A stretch of DNA of 64,000 bases from Heterodontus francisci (GCF_036365525.1 NC_090372.1:107920380-107984379), one strand, 5' to 3'. Positions 13,323 to 26,700 are shown, numbered from the stretch's first letter. The notes: a model not told the origin generated them from the letters alone. Made by a program: numbers and translations.

Positions 13323-14309
13323 ATGAATTTGCATTGTAAAAGACAGTTGAAAAAATAGAGACAATGGGAACTGCCCACTGATTCAATTAACAAAGATTGG
13401 TCTGTGCACCGTGATCCACATCTTGTTTGTGTAAGAGACAGCACTACATCCACCCACCCACCACCCCACTGAGAGCTTTGAAATTCACACCACAGGAGAG
13501 GTTGTCCCAAATAAGGGGTTAGTCACATGACTAACCTACTGGCCAACTTGGAGTTTTGAATTGTGCTCACGGAACAGTTGGAAAAGAGACTGCAATTTGA
13601 AGACAACTGAGAAGGAAGGTCTCTTCCTCGCTCTCTCTCTCACAAAAGTTTCAGGGACCCTCAGAAGTAACTCAAGCCTCAAGAGAGAAGACTCCTGCAG
13701 CTAAACAAGTGAAAGTGTGCACTGGGCAACAACAAGAATGGCAAGACTTAACTGCAGTCGAAGACTCTACATCCAACTCAAAACGAGTAACTGAACTCCA
13801 TATAACTTTAAACCTTTCTCCTTCCTTCTCCTCCTCTGTCTCTATTTGCATGTGTGTTTATCTCGTATGCTTGCTAGTGTGGTCGTGTCGCGTATTTCTA
13901 GTAGTTTTAATCGAATTAGAGTTTTAATGTTATTAAACTTATACCTTTCTTGTTTAAATCTAAGAAAACCTGTCTGGTTGATTTCTTTGCCACTACAATT
14001 AGAGAACGGTGAACAAAGATTCACTGAAGGGAAGCTTAAAACACAGTGTTTTAAAAGTTAAACCCTGTTCTGACCAAACCAGGCAAAGGCTCACCTGCTC
14101 GTAACAAAAACAATGATTTGTTTTTAGTTGAACTGAAATATCTCTGATATTTAATGTTGCAGCTGATTTCTACAGTGTAAATTTAGATCAATTTGGTTTC
14201 AGAAAACATCATGAAACCTTAATCTTGATTTCAATAGCAAAATATGTTTTGCTTAATGATAAAGTCCTGGATGTTAAGTTCACCACTTCTGATGAAAGGA
14301 ATTAGACAT

Positions 14310-17300
14310 ATGGAAAAATAGAAAAACTTACCGCACAGAAGGAGGCCATCTGGCCCATTGTGTCTCTGCCAGCTGAAAGTCATTGAGCCTAATCCTACTT
14401 TCGAGCTCTTGGTCCATAGCCCTGTAGGTTGCGGCAGTTCAAGTACGTATCTAAGTATTTTTTAAATGTGATGGGGGTTCTTACTTCAACTGGCCTTTCA
14501 GGCAATGAGTTCCAGACCCTACCACCTCTGGGTGAAAACATTATTCTAAATCTCCTCTCTAATCCTTCCACCAATTACTTTAAATCTATGCCCACTATAC
14601 GGAAAGTCCTCATCAGGGAACTCCTCTTTGCTGACGATGCTGCATTGACATCCCACACTGAAGAGTGTCTGCAGAGACTCAGCGACAGGATTGCGGCTGC
14701 CTGCAACGAATTTGGCCTAACCATCAGCCTCAAGAGAACAAACATCATGGGACAGGACATCAGAAATGCTCCATCCATCAATATCGGCGACCATGCTCTG
14801 GAAGTGGTTCAAGAGTTCACCTACCTAGGCTCAACTATCACCAGTAACCTGTCTCTCGATGCAGAAATCAGCAAGCGCATGGGAAAGGCTTCCACTGCTA
14901 TGTCCAGACTGGCCAAGAGAGTATGGGAAAATGGCACACTGACACGGAACACAAAAGTCCGAGTGTATCAAGCCTGTATCCTCAGTACCTTGCTCTATGG
15001 CAGCGAGGCCTGGTCAACGTATGTCAGCCAGGAGCGACGTCTCAATTCATTCCATCTTCGCTGCCTCCAGAGAATCCTTGGCATCAGGTGGCAGGATCGT
15101 ATCTCCAACACAGAAGTCCTCGAGGCGGCCAACATCCCCAGCATATACACCCCACTGAGCCAGCGGCACTTGAGATGGCTTGGCCATGTGAGCTGCATGG
15201 AAGATGGCAGGATCCCCAAGGACACAATGTACAGCAAGCTCGTCACTGGTATCAGACCCACCGGCCGTCCTGGTCTCCGCTTTAAAGACGTCTGCAAACG
15301 TGACATGACGTCCTGTGACATTGATCACAAGTCGTGGGAGTCAGTTGCCAGTGATCGCCAGAGCTGGCAGATAGCCATAAAGGCGGGGCTAAAGTGTGGC
15401 GAGTCGAAGAGACTTAGCAGTTGGCAGGAAAAAGACAGAAGTGCAAGGAGAGAACCAACTGTATAACAGCCCCGGCAACCAATTTTATCTGCAGCACCTG
15501 TGGAAGAGTCTGTCACTCTAGAATTGGACTTTATAGACACTCCAGGCGCTGCTTTACAAACCACTGACCACCTCCAGGCGCTTACCCATTGTCTCTTGAG
15601 ACAAGGAGGCCGAAGAAGAAGATGCCCGCTGTTTAATGACTTCCTTGCTAACAGAAATTGGTCCTTTTATCCACTCTAGCTAAGCCCCTGATAATTTTAT
15701 ACACTTCAGTTAAATCTCCCCTCAGCCTCCTCCGTCCAAAAGAAAAAAACCTCTCCGCCAGGGGAAACAGTTCCTTCCTGTCTTCTCTATCTAGGTCCCT
15801 CATAATTTTGTACACCTCAATTAAGTCATCCCTCAGCCTCCTCCGCTCTAAGAAAAACAATCCTAGCCAATCCAATCTTTCCTCATAGCTGCAATTTTCA
15901 AGCCCTGGCAACATTCTCATAAACCTCCTCTGTACTCTCTCAAGAGCAATTATGTCCTTCCTGTAATGTGGTGACCAGAACTGTACACAATACTCCAGCC
16001 ATGGCCTAACCAGCATTACATTTCTGCTTTTGTATTTTATACCTCGGCCAAAAAAGGAAAACATTCCATATGCCTTCTTCACCACTTTATCTACCTGTCC
16101 TGCCACCTTCAGGGACTTGTGGACATCCACACCAAGGTCTCTCACTTCCTCTACCCCTCTCAATATCCTCCCGTTTATTGTGTATTCCCTTGCTTTGTTT
16201 GCCCTCCCCAAATGAATTACCTCACATTTCTCCAGATTGAATTCCATTTGCCACTTTTCCACCCACTCAACCAAATCATTGATATCATTCTGGAGTCTAC
16301 AGCTATCCTCTTCACTATCAACCACACAGCCAATTTTTGTGTCATCAGCAAATTTCCCAATCATGCTTCCCATATTTAAGTCAAAATCATTAATATATAC
16401 CACAAACAGCAAGGGACCCAATACTGAGCCCAAGGAACACCACTGGAAACTGCTTTCTATTCACAAAAACATCCGTCGACTATTGCTCTTTGTTTCCTCT
16501 CAGAACCAATTTTGGATCCAACTCGCCACATTTCCTGCATCCCATGGGGTTTTACTTTTCTGACCAGTCTGCCATTTGGGACCTTGTCAAATGCCTTACT
16601 AAAATCCATATAGACAACATCCACTCCACTACCCTCCTCAATCCTCCTTGGTACTTCCTTAAAAAAACCAATTGTTGGTCAGACACGATCTTCCCTTAAC
16701 AAATCCATGCTGACTATCCCTGATTAATCCGTGACTTTCTAAGTGACAGTTTATCCTATCTCTCAGAATTGATTCTAATAATTTGCCCAACACTGAGGTC
16801 AGACTGACCAGCCTATAATTATTTGGGCTATCCCTCGCACTCTTTTTAAACAATGGTACAATGTTTGCAGACCTCCAATCTCTGGTACCTCACCAGTATC
16901 CAGTGAGGATTTGAAGATGATCCTCAGAACATCCGCTTTTCTTCCCTGGTTTCCTTTAACAACCTGGGATGCAATCCATCCGGCCCTGGCAATTTATCCA
17001 CTTTCAAGGATGTCAGACCCTCTAGTACTTCCTCTCTCATTATGCTTATCGTATCTAATACTTCACATTACTCCCCTTTAACTACAGTGTCGGCATCATC
17101 CCTCTCCTTTGTGAAGACAGAGACAAGAAACTCATTAAGAACCCTGCCCATATCTTCTGCATCCACGTGTAAGATCCCTTGTACATCTCTGATAGACCTA
17201 CCCTTTGCTTAGTTATCCTCTTGCTCTTAATGTACTGATAAAACATCTTTGGGTTTTCCTTGATTTTACTTGCCAAAAACTTTTCATGTCCTCTCTCTGC

Positions 17301-17377
17301 TTTTCTAATTTCCATTTTTACTTCACCCCTACATTTTCTATACTCCTCTAGGCTTTGTAAAGTATTAAGATTTTTGT
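14310..17377 (-). mobile_element. CR1 LINE 3' half (RT and 3' UTR), interrupted by an RTE
   Basis: SVLGPLLFVVYIND, KFADDTK, WQMEFN, LEYCVQFWSP on the minus strand. Its 5' end continues the protein of the + strand CR1 ending at 9884. Confidence 0.9.
14597..15621 (+). mobile_element. RTE-clade LINE 3' fragment, same family as 1361-4135
   Basis: LLFADD...FTYLGS...WLGHV, (GAA)n tail, 9-bp TSD atgcccact/atgcccgct. Confidence 0.92.
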
Positions 17378-17475
17378 AATAAAAACAAGAAATGCTGGAA
17401 CCACAGCAGGTCTGGCAGCATCTGTGGAAACAGAAGCAGACTTAACATTTCGGGTCAGTGACCCTTCTTCGGTTC
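17378..17475 (-). mobile_element. Penelope-like terminal fragment with a degenerate hammerhead
   Basis: Minus strand reads CCGAAGA-AGGGUCACUGACCC-GAAA-UGUUA (stem II GGGUC/GACCC, altered core). Confidence 0.55.
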
Positions 17476-17479
17476 CGAC

Positions 17480-18060
17480 TGAGGGAGAGGGAGGGGGGAG
17501 AAAGAGGGAGGGGGGAGAAAGAGGGAGAGGGGGGAGAAAGAGGAGAGGGGGGAGAAGAGGAGAGGGGGGAGAAAGAGGGAGGGGGGGGGAGAAAGAGGGA
17601 GAGGGAGGGGGGAGAGGGAGGGGGGGAGAAAGAGGGAGAGGGAAGGGGGAGAAAGAGGGAGAGGGAGGGGGGAGGGGAGGGGGGAGAGGGAGGGGGACGG
17701 GGGGGAGAGGGAGGGGGGGGAGAANNNNNNNNNNNNNNNNNNNNNNNNNNNNNNNNNNNNNNNNNNNNNNNNNNNNNNNNNNNNNNNNNNNNNNNNNNNN
17801 NNNNNNNNNNNNNNNNNNNNNNNNNNNNNNNNNNNNNNNNNNNNNNNNNNNNNNNNNNNNNNNNNNNNNNNNNNNNNNNNNNNNNNNNNNNNNNNNGAGG
17901 GGGGAGAAAGAGGGAGGGGGAGGGGAAAGGGGGAGGGGAAAGAGGGAGGGGGGAAAAAGAGGGAGGGGGAAGGAGGGAGGGGTAAAGAAGGGGGGAGGGG
18001 GAGAGCTGGGGGAAGTGGGGGGGAGGGGGAGGAAGGGGAGAGAGTAGGGGGGGGGAGCAG
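17480..18060 (+). repeat. G/A-rich low-complexity tract containing a 172-N gap (17725-17896)
   Basis: Directly visible in the sequence. Confidence 0.95.
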
Positions 18061-20126
18061 CAGAACGGAAGGGGGAGTGCCTTTTTCTGTGCATGCGCCA
18101 TAAACACAACAGCAAAAGACTTACTGGCCATTCCCTGGACCCGGTGATACCAAGGTCTTCGCACGCTCGCTCCCCGCGGCTCTCTACGGCCTCTCGCTTC
18201 CAGCCCTCTCCATTCAGCCGTTCCTGCAGCTGCGGATGCCCAATCCTGTTGCTTTCTCTACTTCTCCTCAGTACTTCAGGCATTGCAACTGTCTGGTCCC
18301 TGCATTTTGCATGCTCCCTCTCCCCACCCCTCCCTGCTCTCCCCACCCTCCCCCTCTTCACCCACCCCTCCCTCCACCCCCCTCAATCTACCTCCCCACC
18401 ATAGTTGAATATCTGAAGTGCAGTTGCAAAGTCGGGGAAATAGCATCAAACAAAACCTCAACAATTCTGGGTTTAATTATTGAAAAGTTTTATTAAGTTC
18501 ATTAAGTATCCGAGGAACTGCTGTGCATGGATACATGAGTGTTGTGTCCAGCATTCCCGTTAGACAGACAGGCCGAGTCTGCTATGCACAGCTAAAGAGA
18601 TTGTTCCTGGAGAGCCTTGTGGTGAATGAACGCTTGACTCTCTATTCCACTACTGTATTGTCCATGTGAAGAAGGCAAATTCACAAGAGTCTGAGCTCAG
18701 TCTATTCTTGGTGAATGTTCCCCAAGCGCATCCCAATGTGCACTCCCAATTCATCCATAAATGCAATGTTCCTTTCCACATCATGATGAGCTCCGCAGCA
18801 TGATCCAGTTGCCTTCGTTGCTTGAATGCTGACCATAAGTCTCGAGGATTGTTTTCTCGACGGCATGTTTTACATGAAAAGAAGAAAAGCAAATCAGAGT
18901 CAGAGCTTGCCTCCCTCCTTCCACTGAAATTACTGTTGTGCACACCTTTTTAAGTTCTGCAGTGAAGGCACCAATTGATAACGTCGCCAATGAAGCACTT
19001 ATTACCCACCTCAGATGCAGGAATCAGCACATCCTTGCGTCCTCTCCTGCACTGCCTCCTTTGCTGGAATGCCGTCCTTAAGTCTCAAGGATTGTTTTCT
19101 CAAGGGCACATTTTACATGAAAGGAAATAATGAAAGAACATCAGTGTCAGAGCTTCCCTCCCTCCAATGAAATTACTGTTGCGCATGCTTTATGCTCTGC
19201 AGTATAGGCCAATGAATCACTTAGTACCCAGCTCAGCTGTAGGAGTCAGGATGATGTAACTGCCCCTATCTCATGATGGTTCAATGCTGCTCTCAGGGAA
19301 AACATGAATGATGTGAGGTGCTGGAAAAAGAAGCACATTTCTTTTGGACTATGAACATAAAGCAGGCCATTTAGCTCAGCTGTTCCCTGCTAGTGGTTAT
19401 GTTACTCGTGCGTCTTCCCATCCATTCCATTTAATCCTGCCTACTACTATCAGCATCATCTTCCATTTCTTTCACTCTTATCTACCTTTGCCTTAAAGCA
19501 ACACTGAGGATGGAGAATGGTGTGGCTGCACTCCCACCTCACCAGTTGTGTACGCAGCAAGAGCATTCACATTTGTGCTACCACTGGACACGGCATGCTT
19601 GTTTCCTTTAGTGCTCAGTCTCTTCTTGCTGAATGTTCCCCAAGTGCTTGACCCTTTGGACGCCTTCTCTGCTTGACAGGCAGCAGCTGGCAATTGCGGA
19701 GTCTCACAAGGCTCTGCATGGTTGTTTCAAGGGCGGATGGGGAAACATGTGGCTGTGTGTCCACGTGCACTGCTTGGACGGGTGCAGGAACAGGTGACTG
19801 TGTGTCCATGTGCACTGCTTGGATGGGTGCAGGAACAGGTGACTGTGTAACTGAACAGCAAGGAGAGGGTACCCGCAGGTGGGGGAAGTGGAGCTGTGAA
19901 CAGGCGGGCGTACGTATGGTCCATCAGCTCTTTAGGCCAGGGGGTGAAACGCTCAGGATCCATGGATTGTGGCACGCAACTGATGTCCAGCGCGTGGCCA
20001 CCTCCATCCGAAGGTGCTTCCGGGCAATTGTTGGGCAAATTAATTGGCTCCATCTCATCAGCCAGTCCTTGTGTTTATGGCGCATGCACAGAAAAAGGCA
20101 CTCCCCTTCCGCTCCGCTGCTCCCCC
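18051..20126. repeat. Inverted repeat pair (perfect 38-bp core at 18072-18109 / 20069-20106) bounding ~2 kb
   Basis: ggggagtgcctttttctgtgcatgcgccataaacacaa and its exact reverse complement. Confidence 0.9.
19753..19848. repeat. 45-bp tandem repeat, just over 2 copies
   Basis: ctgtgtgtcca(c/t)gtgcactgcttgga(c/t)gggtgcaggaacaggtga repeated. Confidence 0.9.
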
Positions 20127-20432
20127 CCTCCCCCCCGACCTCCCTTCCCCCCCCCCCCCCCCCCCCGACCTCCCNNNNNNNNNNNNNNNNNNNNNNNNNN
20201 NNNNNNNNNNNNNNNNNNNNNNNNNNNNNNNNNNNNNNNNNNNNNNNNNNNNNNNNNNNNNNNNNNNNNNNNNNNNNNNNNNNNNNNNNNNNNNNNNNNN
20301 NNNNNNNNNNNNNNNNNNNNNNNNNNNNNNNNNNNNNNNNNNNNNNNNNNNNNNNNNNTCCCCCCTCCCTTCCCTCCCTTCTTCCCCCCTCCCTTCCCTC
20401 CCTCCCTCCTTCCCCCCTCCCTTCCCTCCCTT
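20120..20432 (+). repeat. C/T-rich low-complexity tract containing a 184-N gap (20175-20358)
   Basis: Directly visible in the sequence. Confidence 0.95.
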
Positions 20433-20564
20433 GAAATGTATTTTCAGAGCAACTTACCTTGGAACAATCTCCTCTGTCTAATAAAAATGAAGCAAATGTC
20501 CAAAATGACTAAATAATTGAGATAAAATGCCCGACGAAACCTCTCCTCCTTCCATTTTCAAAAA

Positions 20565-20825
20565 CTCGCGCCGAAGCTTTCGGAAGATTGACGCACATGC
20601 GCACACGGGCTTTGGTCATCTGCGCATGCGCTGCGGTCCGGATTGCCAGGACCAGTTTGCGCATGCGCAAAGGCCAACCTGGCGTGTTCCCCGAGGATGA
20701 CGTTACGCGATGACGTCATCTGCGCATGCGCAAACTGGTCCTGGCAATCCGGACTGCAGCGCATGCGCAGAGGGCCTGAGACCGTTTGCGCACCGCGGCG
20801 CATCCTGATGACGTAGCGTTGTCAT
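20565..20825. promoter_or_regulatory. CpG-rich palindromic cluster of NRF1-like (TGCGCATGCGCA) and CRE (TGACGTCA) motifs
   Basis: 51-bp arms at 20619-20669 / 20721-20771 with one mismatch; four GCGCATGCGC motifs; TGACGTCA at 20711. Regulatory function is inferred only. Confidence 0.45.
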
Positions 20826-20944
20826 CAATCACTTTGATTTTCAAATGAATATTGTTGGCTGTGTAATTGACAAATTATAACATTGATAAAGTTAATTGTT
20901 GAAATCAAGTAATTACTTGGCCAGCTGCAATGAACTGTTACTAA

Positions 20945-21154
<210 letters not shown>

Positions 21155-21562
21155 TAGTGTTCCAAAATGGCCAAAGCATTGACATTCCAAGAACAAAAGA
21201 GATAAGTCCATTTTCACATGGTGCACTTATTTGCATAGAAACAAGTTTATCGTTTAACAAAGCTGTCCTAGTGGATGGAAAGATATATAAAACAACTACA
21301 GTCCAGCAATGCTAAGTTTAGAAAGACTTGATGAAAAATATCTGGAATTAAAATGATCCTTGCTAAGATCTGACTCAGTAAACCCGAAGGCCTCATTTTT
21401 AATCATGCTCTGTTCTGAGTTAGTTGATTTTATTTGGCAGAGCAGTGCGGCATTATATAAGTGGTTTCAGTAACCATGGGCCCAGGATGGGAAATGGCTC
21501 ACTCCTAGTCGTTATCTGTTGACCCCTGTGGAAAGGTAGCAATCTTTCACCCAAAGAAAGAT

Positions 21563-22346
21563 GGCCGGAATATTATGTTGGGCGGGATGCTCCGCCTACT
21601 GGGCAAAAGGTTGGAGGCGAGCCTGCCTCTGCCGGGCCTGAGGAGCCACACTAGGATTTTACACTCCCCAGGCCCTTAATTGGCACAGGTGGGACTTCCG
21701 CCCCTCTGAGGCAGGTCGTCCCACCTCCAAGAGCTGTCAGCAAATCAGCGGATTGGCAGCTCTCAGTCCCAGCAGTGTCACTGGGAGCGATGGCCACTGC
21801 TCGGACTGCACCCAGTCACAGCAGGATCGTGGATGACGGATGGAAAGAAAGGTAAGTCTCTGGGGCTTTGCTGGAGACAATTGGCTGGGTTCCAGTGAGG
21901 CAAGGAGGGCAGTTGGGGGGTGGGGAGAGAGTGTTGTGCAGTGGGGTGGTTGGGTCGTGGAGGGGGGGCCCCTCCGCGGGGCACAGGGTGCCCGATTTGG
22001 AGCGCGCCCCCAGCCCACAAGGAGCCTGCCAGGTTTTACTAGACAGCTTCCTTGCGGGCCTGAGCCGCCCGCCTGCTGCTGGTATTTTACCAGCGGCGGA
22101 GGGCGGAGGCACTTAAGTGACAGCTAATTGGCCAATTAAGGGCCTTAATTAGCCAGGGGCAGTCGGGCTAATTCTCGCCGTTGCCGCCCCTGGTAAAATT
22201 GCAACGGGGTGGGAAGGCATCGGGAACAGCCACCCCCCAACCCCCCCTCCCCTGCCCACCCCCCCCCCCCCCCCAACTCCCACTCAATTTTACGACATCC
22301 CTGCCACCAGCCCTCTCCTGTGGGGGGGGTGGGTAAAGTTCCAGCC
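21563..22346. mobile_element. GC-rich non-autonomous TIR element (Harbinger-like)
   Basis: Termini ggccggaatatta / taaagttccagcc; sharp GC contrast with the AT-rich intron. Confidence 0.6.
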
Positions 22347-23223
22347 TATGAGTTTGAAAGAGAATGGATGGTTTCCTTACCTTTGGAACAGTACCCAACA
22401 TGAGGTGCAAGTCTCAGTTCTTGATTTTGGATGAAAATATTTTTTTTTTAAGGAAGTCTTTCCAAGGTGACAGTGTTCTACATTGCCATTAAATATGTTG
22501 TATGACTTGTATCTTATTAGCTTTTCAACTAAAACAAACTAAAGCATATTTACATAGCACCTCTCAGGATCAAAACCCTTGATAGCCAGTGATTTTTTTT
22601 TAATGTAGTCGTTGTTGTTTTGTAGGTCAACTATTAAGAATATTAGCTGCAATCAAAAACATTTGTGACTTTATCATAATCCCATAATAATTATCTCATC
22701 AAACTCTAAAATGTTCTAGTGTTGGAAAATTTGGTCCTAAATTCTGATACTTTTGGAATTGTAAATCAGTAGCCCATTAAATGTTGATATTTAGGCAGGC
22801 CTATAAGAGGTAAATCAGAGAATCCATTTCCCCAAAGCATTTCCACTAAGTACAATTTTATGAATGACAGATAATAACTTGCCATGGTTCCTGCTGAAGT
22901 GACAGTATGATAATGAAAGAATGCCATGTGGTCTTTCGATATATCCTTTAAGGAATGTTAACATACACTGTAAATAATGCATAGAGGACAAGGTCCATTT
23001 TTTGATCAAGAAGCCAAATAACTAAAGTAGCAAATGTTTGCGAGTGAAACCTGCTGGATAAGTGAATTACTTTTTATTTTTTGTCAGCTGGATTCAGACA
23101 GTTCCTCGCTGTGTTAAATGCAAATTCCTGGTCCATTTTATTCGCAAAGCAGTTGCATCAATTATGATAATAAAATAGTTGTATGTTGCCTTCCTTTTAA
23201 TCTTTCATATTTCCCCCCCTTAG

Positions 23224-23487
<264 letters not shown>

Positions 23488-23744
23488 TGATCTAAATAAG
23501 TGGCGATAGGAGCATTTATTCTTTAAAATTTCACAATGAAATATTACTAGAAATTTTCCACTGCATATTTTTTCTCTGTTTAATTATAATGAAGTTTTTC
23601 CAGTGATTCCATTAACAATGTATTTTTTACTGATTTGAAATTAACGTATTTCCTTAGGTTCTGGTGTGTTACTGATTAACTGCAAGTTTATACATTGAGG
23701 ATTTTGTACAGTTCATACATTTTTGTATTACAATGCATTGAGCT

Positions 23745-26700
23745 GAGGTAGGCAGTGGTGTAGTGGTATTATCACTGGACCAGTAACCCAGAAACCCAGG
23801 GTATTTCTCTGGGGACATGGGTTCGAATCCCAACACAGCAGAAGGTGGAATTTGAATTTAATTAATAAATCTGTAATTAAAAACTAGTCTAATGATGGCC
23901 ATGAAATCATTGTCGATTGTTTTAAAAACACATCTGGTTCACTAATGTCCTTTAGGGAAGGAAATCTGCTGTCCTTACCTGGTCTGGCCCACATGTGACT
24001 CCAGACCCACAGCAATGTGGTTAACTCTCACATGCCCTCTGAAATGGCCCAGCAAGCCACTCAGTTGTACCTAACCACTACAAAGTCAATAAAAAGGAAT
24101 GAAACCGGCACCGACCGAGGCACCGGAAACGACAACGGCAAACCCAGCCCTGTCGACCCTGCAAATCCTCCTTACTAACATCTGGGGGCTTGTGCCAAAG
24201 TTGGGAGAGCTGTCTCACAGACTAGTCAAGCAGCAGCCTGACATTGTCATACTCACGGAATCAAACCTTACAGACAATGCCCCAGACACTGCCATCACCA
24301 TCCCTGGGTATGTCCTGTCCCACCGGCAGGACAGACCCAGCAGAGGTGATGGCACAGTGGTATACAGTAGGGAGGGAGTTGCCCTGGGAGTCCTCAACAT
24401 CGACTCCGGACCCCATGAAGTCTCATGGCATCAGGTCAAACATGGGCAAGGTAAACTCTTACTGATTACCACCTACCGCCCTCTCTCAGCTGATGACTCA
24501 GTACTCCTCTATGTTGAACACCACTTGGAGGAAGCACGGAGGATGGCAAGGACACAAAATGTACTCTGGGTGGGGGACTTCAATGTCCATCACCAAGAGT
24601 GGCTCGGTAGCACCACTACTGACCGAGCTGGCCAGGTCCAAAGGACATAGCTGCTAGACTGGGTCTGCGGCAGGCGGTGAGGGAACCAACACGAGGGAAA
24701 AACATACTTGACCTCGTCCTCACCAATCTGTCTGCCGCAGATGCTTCAGTCCATGACTGTATTGGTAGGAGTGACCACCGCACAGTCGTTGTGGAGACGA
24801 AGTCCCGCCTTCACAGTGAGGAGACCGTCCATCGTGTTGTGTGGCCCTACCACTGTGCTAAATGGGATAGATTTCGAACAGATCGAGCAATGCAAAACTG
24901 GGCATCCATGAGGCGCTGTGGGCCATCAGCAGCAGCAGAATTGTACTCATCCACCATCTGTAACCTCATGGCCCAAAGTATCCCCCACTCTACCATTACC
25001 ATCAAGCCAGGAGACCAACCCTGGTTCAATGAAGAGTGCAGGAGGGCATGCCAGGAGCAGCACCAGGCATACCTCAAAATGAGGTGTCAACCTGGTGAAG
25101 CTGCAACACAGGACTATCTGCGTGCCAAACTGCGTAAGCAGCATGCGATAGACAGAGCTAAGCGATCCCATAACCAACGGATCAGATCGAAGCTCTGCAT
25201 TCCTGCCACATCCAGCCGTGAACGGTGGTGGACAATTAAACAACTAACTGGAGGAGGTGGCTCCACAAATATCCCCATCCTCAATGATGGGGGAGCCCGC
25301 ACATCAGTGCGAAAGATAAGGCTGAAGCATTTGCAACAATCTTCAGCCAGAAGTGCCGAGTTGATGATCTATCTCGTCCTCCTCCTGAAGTCCCCAGCAT
25401 CACAGATGCCAGACTTCAGCCAATTTGATTCACTCCACGTGATATCAAGAAATGACTGAAGGCACTGGATCTGCAAAAGCTATGGGCCCTGACAATATTC
25501 CGGCAATAGTACTGAAGACCTGTGCTCCAGAACTTGCTGCACCCCTAGCCAAGCTGTTCCAGTACAGCTACAACACTGGCATCTACCCTGCAATGTGAAA
25601 AATTGCTCAGTTATGTCCTGTACACAAAAAGCAGGACAAGTCCAACCCGGCCAATTACCGCCCCATCAGCCTAATCTCAATCATCAGTAAAGTGATGGAA
25701 GGTGTCATCAACAGTGCCATCAAGCAGCACTTGCTTAGCAATAACCTGCTCAGTGACGCTCAGTTTGGGTTCCGCCAGGACCACTGAGCTCCTGACCTCA
25801 TTACAGACTTGGTTCAAACATGGACAAAAGAGCTGAACTCAAGAGGTGAGGTGAGAGTGACTGCCCTTGACATCAAGGCAGCATTTAACCGACTTTGGCA
25901 TCAAGAAGCCCTAGCAAAACTGAGGTCAATGGGAATCAGGGGGAAAACCCTCCACTGGTTGGAATCATACCTCGCGCAAAGGAAGATGGTTGTGGTTGTT
26001 GGAGGTCAATCATCTGATCTCCAGGACATCACTGCAGGAGTTCCTCAGGATAGTGTCCTAGGCCCAACCATCTTCAGCTGCTTCATCAATGACCTACCTT
26101 CAATCATAAGGTCAGAAGTGGGGATGTTCGCTGATGATTGCATAATGTTCAGCACCATTCGTGACTCCTCAGATACTGAAGCAGTCCGTGTAGAAATGCA
26201 GCAAGACCTGGACAATATCCAGGCTTGGGCTGATAAGTGGCAAGTAACATTCATGCCACACAAGTGCCAGGCAATGACCATCTCCAACAAGAGAGAATCT
26301 AACCATCTCCCAATGACATTCAACGACATTACCATCGCTGAATCTCCCAATGTCAACATCCTAGGGACTACCATTGACCAGAAACTGAACTGGAGTAGCC
26401 ACATAAATATCGTGGCTACAAGAGCAGGTCAGAGGCTAGGAATCCTGAGGCGAGTAGCTCACCTCCTGACTCCCCAAAGCCTCTGCAAGGCACAAGTCAG
26501 GAGTGTGATGGAATACTCTCCACTTGCCTGAATGGGTGCAGCTCCAACAACACTCAAGAAGCTCGATACCATCCAGGACAAAGCAGCCCGCTTGATTGGC
26601 ACCCCATCTACAAATATGCACTCCCTCCACCACCGACGCACAGTGGCAGCAGTGTGTACCATCTACAAGATGCACTGCAGCAATGCACCAAGGCTCCTTA

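Larger units (their letters stand above)
9944..14106 (+). mobile_element. Gypsy (Gmr1-like) LTR retrotransposon remnant with 3' LTR at ~12846-14106
   Basis: gag LIPKFNEGDVE, zinc knuckle CFHCNKAGHLRADC, protease ILRDTGA...VDLL..NDLA, integrase zinc motif AHE..HVG...CKSCH directly after the protease. The LTR runs TGTAA...GTAACA after a purine-rich tract. Confidence 0.8.

Noticed and set aside
14429-15466. 345-aa ORF as a novel fusion protein
   Set aside because: The N-terminus is antisense CR1 3' sequence running by chance into the inserted RTE frame.
17348-18361. Long Pro-rich and Gly/Glu/Arg-rich ORFs spanning the N-gap (also 19673-20516)
   Set aside because: Artefacts of low-complexity G/A tracts and Ns, which contain no stop codons.
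23750-23835. tRNA gene
   Set aside because: A and B boxes are present but there is no convincing cloverleaf; it is the head of a retroelement. The same applies to the SINE heads.
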